DNA of 64,000 bases, taken from the NCBI RefSeq assembly GCF_006345805.1, contig NC_043008.1:1798001-1862000 (forward strand), written 5' to 3'. Source of the stretch: Octopus sinensis. Its lineage: Eukaryota. Position numbers and translations under genes: made by a program. Every line of letters begins with the position of its first letter. The first letter of the stretch is position 1. The notes below the pieces were generated by a model. It was not told the origin of the DNA, ran no database searches, and saw only the letters and a program-made list of their open reading frames with translations. Of this stretch, positions 41,701-54,409 are shown in pieces.

Positions 41701-42819
41701 GGAAAATTAAATTTGTTGCGGTAGTAAAACCACATGCCGGCCATCTTTAAATGAACACCGTATTATGAAATCAACTTGTACATATGATACTCGTATATTC
41801 AAACACTTTTCTTCAGCACACAAGTGATTAAATATCAATTGTGTATAATATTGTGGCTTCGGACAATCGTATGTTAATTTAATAAATATTTCAACTGTTT
41901 TCATTACATAAGGAAATGAAAGAATTATGTATTTCATAAGTAATGACCTCTGTTAAATGTGGAACAAGTTGCAGTATTCAAATTAGTCCCTCGTTCCATT
42001 AAGTAACCATTAATTTCTAATGAATGAAATTCACAAGTTCTTCAAAATTCTAGGAGTACAGTGACCTGAGCAAAAAAAACAAGTAATAATTTTTACTGAA
42101 TCAAGTCATTAATTCCGTTAGGGTGTATATCAAAATCGTAAACAAGATCTGCCACAGCATGAGGTGTGTGTTGATAGTTTCTATGAAAAAATGTTTAACC
42201 AATGACAGTCATTTGTTTAAGATATTAAACTTTTACATGTTAAATATTTTCCACCTGCAGACAAATATTTTGCACATTGACATAGATATCAAACCTTTAG
42301 ATATACATTGTAGCAATGAATGTCACACTCCACCGCATTATATATATAGGGCATAAAATGAACTCATTGGTTAACATTCTCTTAAGTAGCGCTACAAAAG
42401 GAACCTGTAAAACAGTGATTAGTTTTGCTTTAAGACATGGGGCTTTGCAGGGTGTTAGTCGTAGCGGTAAAGAGCAATGCTATAAAAACGACATATGGTG
42501 CATTTTTGTACATAGAATTACTTACTATTGACGCTGACTCTGTTTTAAATATTAATCTGGATTAAACCGGACTATTCGCAGAATTTAGGGAACCAAACAC
42601 AAATTAGTTTGGGTTTTTCTACTAAAGAAACTTTCGTTCGCAGTTTTACTACTGAGATCAGATTTGAGAGTAATTCAAAGAGGAGATAAAAAGACCTACC
42701 CTTCAAGTGGGAGAATAAATTTAATTAGCAGTACCATGCATCAAAATGTGTATGTTCTTTTTTACAATTTTAGAAATCAATAACAATCCTGATTATCAAA
42801 GATGACTTAGAAGAAAAAC

Positions 42820-42983
42820 TTGCAAAATATTTATTTCTTTATTGCCACAGGGGGCTAAACACGGAGGGGACAAACACGGACAGACAAAGGAATTAAGTCG
42901 ATTACGTCGATCCCAGTGCGTAACTGGTACGTATTTAATCGACCCCGAAAGGATGAAAGGCAAAGTCGACCTCGGCGGAATTT
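42820..42983 (-). mobile_element. Octopus-type tRNA-derived SINE, 5'-truncated at the B box
   Basis: Close reverse complement of 25505-25655 (gtcgattacgtcgatcccagtgcgtaactggtac...gcaaagtcgacctcggcggaatttg). Confidence 0.85.
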
Positions 42984-44855
42984 GCACAAGCTTTATATAA
43001 TTGATGAAAAATTAGTAATTAGAATATTGACACTGGTGGGGTGGGGTTATATTATACTCCCCTTCCTCGTAACAACTTGTAATTTTCTTTCAGGCTGAAA
43101 AATGACTCGACAGGCAGTTTCAATCAATTAGTAGTCTGTTCCACAGTTCAAATGTGTTTTTGAGGCTCTGTAAAGAAGGATGAACCCCACACGTATTTGA
43201 CGAAGACGTATGTTATTCTGAAGTATATATAATTTTATTTACCTTACAAAAGTAAAATAGTAACTATATTATTCAACATATTTTGGTCCTTTTTTAAGGG
43301 TGGAGTATACACAGTCAATTACTATTTAAATTCTATGGCAGTTTTAATTGGATCCAAGCAAATCTCCCCCATTCCGCGGCATTGTTTCTACTGAATTGTT
43401 GTCACTACCTAATGAATATGACAAGAATAATGGACTTTAATTTTTCTCAATAAAAAAGAAAATAGAACAAATCATTATATAGTATCTGTTTGTCCGTGGT
43501 GAAATTAGTGATAGAAATATAAAGTTTGCACACGAGACACGATTCACAGACTGCAATCAGATCAATACTTTGGACTAACAGAAAGTGACTACTGGAGAGG
43601 TTGAGGTGACCCGGACATGCATTGGTATTCGTATACTGACGCATCGAGGAAGAGCAGTAAAGAAGTCTGCGTATTAATGGAATATTCATTTACGGTGCTG
43701 GTACATGTAAATAATACTTACTGTTATGTTTCTTGTATGTAAATATATGTTGTATAAAAACATATGTTGTGTATCAATAGATTTGTTTTGTAAGAAATGG
43801 GAATATAAAATTACTCGTTGTTTATTTGATGAATATTTTACCATTTGTTTAGGTAGGCTTGCGCTTAGGACAGCGTGCAGTAAAATCTTCCGTCAGCGAA
43901 CGCATCGTTTTCCTCATAAAATGCATAGAAATATAGTATTGAGTATATTATTTGTAGCACATTTATTTACTACATAGGTTCTATTTTCATTTATCTTGTA
44001 CAATGTGCTTGAAAACCAATTTGGTGACAGTAAGCTTCAAGGCATAAGGCGATGCATCTCAGCTAAAATAATGTAGGGCACTGAAATGGACACATTATAA
44101 TCATAGGTAAAGAAAGACGGTTTCATTTGACTGTCGCCAATATTGCTGGCATTGGTCCTCTAGTATATACCAGATGTATGTATAAAGAGATGGAGTCACC
44201 GTAGAGAAATTTCTAATGAATATCTTAAAAAATTACGTCAGTGTGTATTAATGGCGGGTGATTCAGTGGCAACTTGGACAACTGTCTGCTATTATAGTGC
44301 CCGTCGGAACAAACACTTGTGAGTGGATTTACTTAGAGAGAAACATAAAGAAACTCATATATATATATATATAATTATAAATATATTAGTGTTTCACTTC
44401 CGGATTCTATCACTCTGTGAAAGTTTCTAGTTCGAATCACACGTGTCTCGAGGTGCACCGAAGATTTTTCTATTTGGATATATTTGGGGTACTTAAGTCT
44501 GCTCGGGACTTGGTGCTTGTTTCTTCCGTGGGTATGAATAAGTATTTCATTTATATCTCCCGTATGTGCCGCTGAAGAGGGGAACATTTCTTGTGAATTA
44601 ACCCCAAAATTGGACCAATGCGGTAATAACGAATTTTTTAGAGATTTCTATCGGTTTATTTCGAGACGCATAAATTTAATGGTTAACGACAATTTTTTTG
44701 TTTCGGCGTATCTGGCATTACAATTTTTTCTTCTGCCCTTATCTTGTAAATTATGTATAAATTTTACCTTTAAAGGCATTTTTTGATATGCTGGCCATTG
44801 ATAAAATTTTTTTCCCGAAAGAATTTTTATCCTATATCAAGTATATATATATATT

Positions 44856-44904
<49 letters not shown>

Positions 44905-45179
44905 TATATATATACATATATATGGCTGTATGTGCGTGAGTGTACATGTGAGTGTACATAGAGTGAGAGAAAGAGAGAGCGAGAGACGTGCTGTTAGTAA
45001 CTTTCTTCCCAAATGCGTGGTTCTTCGTTCATCCACACAACAAAGCTTATTGAGTATACATATATACGTTAATGTGCGTTTGTGTGTGTGTGTGTCTGTG
45101 TCTGTGTGTGTATCTTTATGTGCATGAAGTGGTCGTGAATGCATGTGTGTGTCTGTGGGTGTGTAGGTGATTGTCTTTA

Positions 45180-45300
45180 TGTAAGTGTTTGTGCCCCGCC
45201 ATCGTTTCCGGGTGCATAGCCGTCGGCGTACCGTAGTAGTTCGGTACCGGGCAGCCATACGGTCTTCGCGTTCCATACTTTTTACAAGTTTGGGGAGTAT
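45180..45300 (+). mobile_element. SINE 3' tail fragment (diverged)
   Basis: gtgtttgtgccccgccatcg...gtagttcgg follows a (TG)n tract; resembles octopus SINE tails from recall. Confidence 0.35.
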
Positions 45301-45434
45301 TCAAATACTTAATGTTTCCTTAACTGCAAGTTTAAACACTTCGATGCAACTGTTTCCATATAGGCTGGTTACGCGAATTACCTATCTACCATAGTATGTA
45401 TGTATGTATACACACACACACATATATATATGTA

Positions 45435-45489
<55 letters not shown>

Positions 45490-45505
45490 ACACACATACA
45501 TATAT

Positions 45506-45560
<55 letters not shown>

Positions 45561-45745
45561 TTATACAGAGAAAAACATGTGGAATTGTATTCAAATATCT
45601 TGATAAGAATGTTATATACTTACAGTTATATGCTTTAATCAGACAAATATACTTATGAACAATTAACTCTTTTTTAAAGGGATGGGTTTTATTTTATTTT
45701 TTCAGTCATATATGCTCTTTGCTCTAATTCTAAATGCGATTCATA

Positions 45746-45792
<47 letters not shown>

Positions 45793-46028
45793 GTATATGT
45801 GTGTGCTAGTATTAGAAAAATCATGTTTTTGTAAAAAAAATAAATGTTTATAAAACCTTCTGTCAACATACAATTCAATCTGTGCTGATGGATGCTTTCA
45901 CTGTCTCCACTGAATACAAAAGAATATTTCTTGAACTAATGTTACTATCGAAAGATATTTTCGTAACATTTTTAAAAATACACTTATACACACGCACTCA
46001 CACAAAATTTAAAACATATATACATATA

Positions 46029-46178
<150 letters not shown>

Positions 46179-46832
46179 TTACTAAAACGCCATCTATAGA
46201 TGTACGCTAATATTTGATTTGATAGAAAATATCTGTGTTATCTAACTTAATTCTGGTCAACATAGGTTTCATAATCTTAGCAAATATTGCATTTGGCGAA
46301 GTACCACATTTTTATTTTCATTATTGAAATTGTTTTGTTGACTGATTTTTATCTCAGTATGTTAGTGAAAACTAGTTGCTCTAATACTCTTAGATATGTA
46401 ATGCTGATTATTTTGTTATTGGCAAAGTAGGACGAAGAGAATCACTATAGAACAAGCACCAAAATGTTAGGTGTTTTATTTGAAATAGAACATCTAATGT
46501 ACTTCCTAGCTAACAATGTAATTCCTATATTGTAAATAGCTTTTTCCAAATTATAGACTTGCCATATTAGACTATCCAGAATTATTGAAATTCGTATAGG
46601 AATAATATTGCTAAATTCCCTACTTACGCCAATCACATGAGGTCATTTGCAATAGTATCACACATTACATCAACGACGAATTGCAGCGTCTCTGCAGCAG
46701 AGATACTGCAACTGGTGGTTAAGTCACCTTTACTAAGCTTCATTTATTTGTCTGCTGCTAGATTCAAAATAAATTGCTCTCATATTATCTGAGATTACCT
46801 ATTTTTCTTCATACAAACTTCTTCTTAATATC

Positions 46833-46910
<78 letters not shown>

Positions 46911-46938
46911 CGTGTATATATATATATATATGTATACG

Positions 46939-46989
<51 letters not shown>

Positions 46990-47616
46990 CATATATATAC
47001 ATATATATATATATATATACATATATATGTCTCTGTGTGTGTGTGTGTATGTATGTGTATATATGTATATATATATATACATATATATGCGTGTTTGTAT
47101 ATATATATATATATATAATATATATATATATGCATATATGTATGGATGTATTTATGCATGCCTGTATGTATTCAGCTCTGCAGATTGCTCTCCCTTTGCC
47201 GCTATGTTGTTTCTCATATCGTCTGCTGCCTAATTTACAATTTGTATTTTCATTTTTATCCTTATTATAATGCCTAGGCAACAGTAAATCCAATTATAAT
47301 CCGCCTGGTGTGCTTTACGTCCATCCTGTTCCTTTTAATTTCCGGAATCTAGTTCATTTAGTGCCAATAAAATACAGACACACCTGTTTTTCACAACATT
47401 TTACAATATATACTTGTACAACTATCAATATAATGGAAATAATTCTATCTATACATTATATTATTAATTTCCATGATAAAAGCGCCAAATCGAATCATCC
47501 ACTGAGAAAAACATTTTGCATTCCTTTTAAGGTTTTGAACATATGCGAAAAATCCGTATTGTTTCTCCTTTAATGGCAAACACTCCTTGTAAACACAATG
47601 ATATTTTGTTGAGATA

Positions 47617-47696
47617 AGATGGCGAATAAATTTAGTACTATTACATGCGCAGTGATAGATGGCGAATAAATTTAGTACTATTACATGCGCAGTGAT
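47617..47696. repeat. Perfect 40-bp tandem duplication
   Basis: agatggcgaataaatttagtactattacatgcgcagtgat occurs at 47617-47656 and 47657-47696. Confidence 0.95.
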
Positions 47697-48104
47697 AAAT
47701 GACTCATAAAATGTTTAATCACTCAGAATTGATTGTGCTTATCAATATATACGTTATTTTATTATATGTAAATTCTACCTCTTTGGGTGATCAAATAAAC
47801 CAATTTTTGCATTTTTCCAGTCCCGTCGTGATTGACCCATTTTATAATCACGAATACTCATCTTCCTTGCGTCCAATTTTTATAGTTCTCCTAATGTGTG
47901 ATTCCATAATACAGTCTGATAGCTCATTCAAAGAACTCTGGTTCATATTTCTCTATATTCCTGATTATTCAGAACCCTTCTTACATGAATTAAAATCCTT
48001 AAAATCCTGATGCTTCAAGAAAAATGTGATCAATTCCTGTCTGTATTATAGCATTTTAGGGCCATTTATAGCATTTTAGGGCAATCTTTAAACCTTAGTT
48101 TAGG

Positions 48105-48650
48105 CTTATGCGCTGGTCTCCTGCCGTCTTCCAGCTCACCAGACAATAGTTGCTTGGGCAGTCTCTTATCAATCATCCTCACCAGATGTCACTCCGACCT
48201 AAATTGTCCTTGTCTAATTATTGCCTCTATACTTCTACTGACGCTCTTCACAAGCACCTCCACATTACTTCTGGCCCTTTTCCAGATTATCCCACAAATG
48301 TTTCTCAGACAGTATTCATGGTATCGTTCCAGGTGCCTTCGGAAAATAACTCATGTCTGACTCCCATATAGCAAAGATGACAGGACGCACGTTTTATATA
48401 CCTTAACTTTAATTTTTGAAGATATATGATGCCGTGTTCAGAGACTCCTATCAAGCCTACCAAAAACACAACTAGCCCTGATGATTCTATATGAAGTTTC
48501 ATCATCAATACCAGCAGTGCCCCAAATAATTTCTGAAGACATAAATGTAGACACACTTTCCAAAGTTTGACCATACCAGTATAAATGTTTCCACCATCTG
48601 TCAGTTGAAACATTGTGTTCATAACACACAATTCCATCTCTCCGCACATT
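48105..48650 (-). mobile_element. RTE-clade LINE, RT C-terminal remnant
   Basis: IDDETSYRIIRASCVFGRL...KIKVKVYKTCVLSSLLYGSQT...RHLERYHEYCLRNICGIIW, characteristic of RTE/BovB-like ORFs. Confidence 0.8.
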
Positions 48651-48939
48651 TGTAATAGTTGGAACTCCTAAACCCAGGCCTTCCTAAGACACTCCACGTC
48701 TCCCAATCTGCACCAACCCCTTATCTTTTTAAGACACCCCAGCTCTCCTAATCTGCACCAACGCAGATTAAAATCACCTAACATATCAAATTTGTAAGCA
48801 CGTTATGCGTATAACCTCTGTAGATGATAGATAGAAGACACGTTTATCATCGTATGATGAATTCATAGTTCGAGCATATGCACTTATGACTGTTGCATAG
48901 CGACCTTTTTCTTAGCGGAAATCTTGAAAACTTCAAATC

Positions 48940-49150
48940 TCAGACGATCAGAATGACCCCGTGGCTGTTCCTCAAGTTTTGAAACCAGGGTGGTTTGATT
49001 GCAAATCCCATTGCTGGTTCTCTCTTATAGGGCTCATCTCTACCGCCACAAAATAAATGGTACCCAGCAAATGGCCGTTGACTACACTTTAGCTCTTTCA
49101 CCCTTTGACGGGTCATATTTTTTGGTCCCGCAAGCTGTCCCACAATCACA
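48940..49150 (-). mobile_element. RTE-clade AP-endonuclease remnant
   Basis: GYHLFCGGRDEPYKREPAMGFAIKP resembles GYTFFWSG...REAGVGFAIK. Confidence 0.55.
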
Positions 49151-49291
49151 CTTGGTTGGGTTGCCTCCTAACTTGCCGATGATCCGACCATGTAACAGGT
49201 TGTACTGGATTACATGGTACCAGTATCGCTCAAGCGTGACCTGGCATATGTATATACACACACATACATGCTTCCACGTATGTATATGCAT

Positions 49292-49344
<53 letters not shown>

Positions 49345-50124
49345 TTGTGTATATAAGGAAAATAAGGAAAATATGACAAGGTAGAAAATGCTAAACTAAT
49401 TTTATCATGGAGAACATTTTAGAAACAGAATGGAACGCATTGCGAATTTGCGTGTCTGTGTACGTATATATGTTTGTGTATGAAAATGTGAATATTCTAT
49501 TTAGTACGAATATCTTTATTTCTGACGAACTGCATTTGTAAATGACATACTAAACGGTATGACTATCTTAAATGTACGTTTATGCCCAGCAAAGTTGGAT
49601 ATGTCGCAATTTATGTTGTATTGTTTCAAATCGTATCGCCTCGAGATTCAAAGAAAAATCAAATCGAGTATAAGATAATCTAATATAATTGTCGCTTATC
49701 ATGTATGATGATTTTCCCCCGATACACATTTTTTATTGGTGTATAAATCGATATCGTACCGAATGTACACATGATTTGGGTGAATTTGTAAGCATACAAA
49801 TAGAATTTCCTTCTTCATAGAGAAATCTAGTAACATTTTTTAGCACATTAGTGAGATATGTCTGAAGAATAATCTTATTGATCATCGACTGAGAGTAATG
49901 CAAGTACATTGATGTTCTATGGCGATATAACTTCTTATTTTTCGGCATAAGACGTATTTGTGTTTTGTTTATTCTTCCGCATGTCGGTGCTCACTCGAAT
50001 ACCCTTGGACAGGTTCAACAGAATTATGTTTACCTTCCTATTTCAGCTATTATGTGGATGAAACAATATTTGATATTCAACTTAAACCTTCCCACAGGCG
50101 GTTTATCATGAAAATTAGTTTTGT

Positions 50125-50220
50125 ATCATGAGGCCTTTGTATTCGAACCACATAGTATCGGGATTCAGTCTCATTACGTGGCAGACTGGGCAAGTGTCTT
50201 GTAGCATAGCACTAGTTTGA
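50125..50220 (+). mobile_element. tRNA-derived SINE (third family, diverged)
   Basis: aaccacatagtatcgggattcagtctcattacgtggcagactgggcaagtgtctt is the reverse complement of the motif at 10700-10760. Confidence 0.55.
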
Positions 50221-50644
50221 CCAAATCAAAATCTTCTCAGTGGATTTGGTAGAAAGAAACAGAAAGAAGTCAACTGCACACACATACGCCCGCAGTCATA
50301 GTAAAACTAAGAGAGGTCTCTTTTTGGACCATTGTGAGTTTTATATATATATATATATACATGTGTGTGTGTGCATACATACATATACGCACACACTCAC
50401 ATACATATATATACTGCTCGGTTTTGTTATGGGTAGAATCTACAAAAAATTAATCTGTCTAGTGGAAGGTAAACGCAATTTATATAATATTCTGCAGAAG
50501 AACCCGTAACAGTGTCATGCTTTAGGGAAATAATTAAAATGTCATACAAATCTCACCCTGCATTATTTCTTGAATGCATGAAACTATTAACGGCTCCTTT
50601 GTAAATCGCATATATTAAATGAAATGTGTGTATGTTTGTGTTTC

Positions 50645-50685
<41 letters not shown>

Positions 50686-50710
50686 GTGATAGAGACTATG
50701 TGCTTGTGTT

Positions 50711-50766
<56 letters not shown>

Positions 50767-52718
50767 GGTTTGGAGATATTGTACCGGTATGTTATATTAG
50801 AAGAAATGAGGTACTCAGAAATCCTGATCGTTTTATATTTACAGATATTTATTTGTATGCTACATGTTTTTATACATCATATATCATATATCATATTATA
50901 GCGCTTTCGTCCATTCTAGTGGAACTAAGGTCTTGCAGGGAGTTTTGACTCTTTTTATAGTGTTATTGAGTGTGTAGTGGTGGGGAGAGATATACGATAG
51001 TACAAGAGGGTGATGAATGGGGAGAAAGATAATATATATGTGGTTAAGAAAACTAAAAGAAATCTACCTGTGTTGTGGGAATCTATTTCATCGTTGCCCA
51101 AGATGCCTCCGCTGCAGTACGTCTTCACATCACAATTGTTATTATTGTCTAAGATAAACGGGAACGGAGCAAACACTTGCTTTTTGCAAAGCATTTATAG
51201 CGTGTAGATGAATTAGATTCATACTGATCCAGCAATGAAATAAAGAACCAATTGTTAGAAACATCCCAGATGTCAGTTATGCTAGAAATAGGAGAAAAGC
51301 ATCGCAGACTGTTGCTATGTCCGTAACATTTCACTTGCTACAGCATTCTCTTTATATCTGCAGTAGTACACGTTTCCAGAATATGGAATGGGACGAAAGT
51401 CATTATTCTTTCTTCATGGAAAGACGAATCAATGTGATGGAGAAGATTGATGTTAATGACTGACTCAAATCAATGTTGATATACTGGAAGTAAATGCAAT
51501 AGATGACGACATCCGCTTGTTATATTGACTCACCGTCATTGAAATAGAAAGCATTACAGTCATCTATAAGGCATTATAAATTATTTCACAGGTAAGGGAA
51601 TGATCGAAATGTTTGCAGACGATAGATTATAGATTCAATTTATGTGGAAATGCTGGTTTGATATTGGTGGGGATTTTCCTAGCCTTATTGTGGTATATGT
51701 GTTCCTCGTGGTAAAACTAGGTCAGAAGTGTAAGTAATACCACGAAATGCTATTTATCTGGTATTGCCTGAGTGTATTTAAATGGGATATAGACAATAGA
51801 TGTTACAGTGAATGTTCGGAAAAATTGTTTACATATTTTCGATACTCATTTAGTTCAGGAATGGTTCAAACGTTTCTTTGTATAAAATTAATTATATCTA
51901 ACAGATTTACCAATTTAACTCGTTTTCAACTATATATAGCCCTACGTTTTAAAGAAGTTGTACAGTTTTCTGTTTCTATGTTTCCTTTTCGACTCCACTA
52001 CAATTGTCTGTCAGAAACTGATAATCATCCATATATAGAATTCTCCACCTCTAAGTTAGAAAAGCAGGATTCAATGTGGACAAAAATTAAAATAGTAATG
52101 AGATCAGTGACCAGTGATGAGTCATTTGATCCCGTCGTTTTATCAAAGCAATCAATTATATTCGATTGTTTTCCATAGTAATCAACTGTTGGACAATGTC
52201 AATCCCCCCCTTAGATAAATCAGAGGTGCGTTTGGCGAATATGAATGCTTTGTTAATAATATTGGATGGACATTTGCGTAGTAATTATAGATATGTAGTT
52301 ATATAAACATACTACATTTTAAAAATAATTCTAGTCTGTTTAACTAATAACATCTTGTGTATACGACCATTGCGTATGCTTAATTAAGGATCTTACCGAC
52401 AGTAAAATCTGTACATAATAGTCTTCCTAATTCTACCCATGTAAGACTAATTCTAGATTTTTCCAAAATGAATACAGTTTTGTTCTTCCCTCAACCATTA
52501 ATTACAAAACTAATTCAATTCTCTTAATTTATCCCTCAGTGTCTCCGTTGTTGAATGTTTAGTATTAATTTTCTTTCATGATGGGTTTTCTATATATATT
52601 TCCGGTTCATCAGCCGGCATTAACATACTAGATGCATCAGTTAATTTTTCCAGTATTTCTCTACGTTTATTAGTTGCAGGTTGTGATACTTTTGAAATTT
52701 TCTAAATCTTATATGCTC

Positions 52719-52809
<91 letters not shown>

Positions 52810-53124
52810 CATACACACACACACACACACACGCACACACACACACACACACACACGCACGCATATATATATATATATATATATATATGGGTTAATTTCT
52901 TTCTTTGCTACCATTTATGAATTTGGTCCCTCCATTTCTTTCTTTCTTTCTTTCTCTCTATCTCTCTCTCGAAATATGTATTTCGATTTCTGCTGTCCTT
53001 GGGATATTTTTTATCTTGTGTCGCCTCGAATCAATGTGTTACTCGGCAGAGATAGAAAGCTAATTATAAAAATGCACACAGACGAGAGGAAATTGAATGT
53101 GATTTAGTAGTTCTTTTTAAACAG

Positions 53125-53174
53125 ACTACCCAATGCTATGTCGACACAACTGCTGCTGGGTCGTATTTGTTTAT
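53125..53174 (+). other. Candidate 50-nt exon (coding status unknown)
   Basis: Acceptor ttctttttaaacAG and donor GTaagt; all three frames are open. Confidence 0.25.
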
Positions 53175-53580
53175 GTAAGTATCTATATAATATTTTATGA
53201 AATGGAAAGCTCAACAACAAGCAGCCGTTGCCACTGCTCGCAGACGGAATTTGTATTTTGCAATGGAAGTCTGTAATTTGCGTTTTCTTAACCTATAATA
53301 TTTCTATATTTATATAAATTCTATACAGAGACGTTTATGCCGCTCACGGGATAACCCTGCAGTGTCATGACATGTGGAATCTTTTAAATCCACGATTGAA
53401 TGTCATTACACAGATAATATTGAATAATTTATATAAGTGTTTGTGTGCATGTCTCTCTCCTTGGCCTCTCACTATCACCGTCTCTCCCTCTATCTCTCTC
53501 TCTTTCTAAATATACATATGCACATATATATGTATATACATAAGATGATACACAAACACACAGACACATACACATATATA

Positions 53581-54409
53581 CAAGGTGCGGGTGAATAGAC
53601 TATCGTCTAAATTAGGCAAAAATGAAACATCTCTTTTTAACAGATATATTTATCAAAATTACACAAAGATATCCACAAATATCTACAAATAGGAAAGAGC
53701 AGATGTATTCAATAAAATCGCCATTGGCTTCAACCGTGGCCTTCAGACGACTTTGGAATCTTCTGCAACTCCTCTGGACAGCCATAATTCCTGCCTTCAG
53801 TTCAGAAGATTTGCTTGTTTCTCACTCAACTGCGTCCCACAATTAATAGTCAAGGGAGTTGCAGGCTGATGAATTAGGTGACCAGACGTTAGGGATGATG
53901 TGTTCGCAGATATTCTCTGAAAACAATGATGCGTTTGTTACGGAACAGCTTCCTGTTTTCAGAAATAGGATCTCCCAGCAGCCGCCCTCTTGACCCAGAA
54001 CAGCACTACCTCCTCCAGGCAATTGACCCAGGCGTTCGGGTTCAGTCTGGGGTTGTGTGGGAATATGAATGGAGGCATAACATCACCATCGCTAATGTTC
54101 ACTCCAAACACAATGAGGTTGACTGGATGTTTTCCATATGTATCACTCTCGGTACATGTTCTTCGATTCCACTGTTCTCAGATTGATTCAGATACTCAGA
54201 TATGTTCCTATCGCTGATTTCGACGCGAATGTCAGGCTATACAGCATGCCGGTTCGAGAGTTCTGGAGAGTGACTTGCGTCGTGGTGCTATTTTTCTCAC
54301 AGACAGTGGCCAACTGACCCCACTATGCTCTGACAAAATCAGAACCAAACAATTCGCTAGTGAGAAATTACTAATATAAAATGACGACACTTTACCCATC
54401 GCTCCCTGC
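53581..54409 (-). mobile_element. Mariner-family (maT/DD37D-like) DNA transposon, internally deleted
   Basis: Minus strand KHPVNLIVFGVNISDGDVMPPFIFPHNPRLNPNAWVNCLEEVVLFWVKRAAAGRSY. Degenerate TIRs: ta|caaggtgcgggtgaa at 53581 and atgacgacactttacccatcgctccctg at 54381-54409. Confidence 0.8.

Noticed and set aside
48046-48082. 17-bp direct repeat (ttatagcattttagggc, period 20), and similar short duplications near 3165 and 48700
   Set aside because: Ordinary slippage duplications with no further structure.
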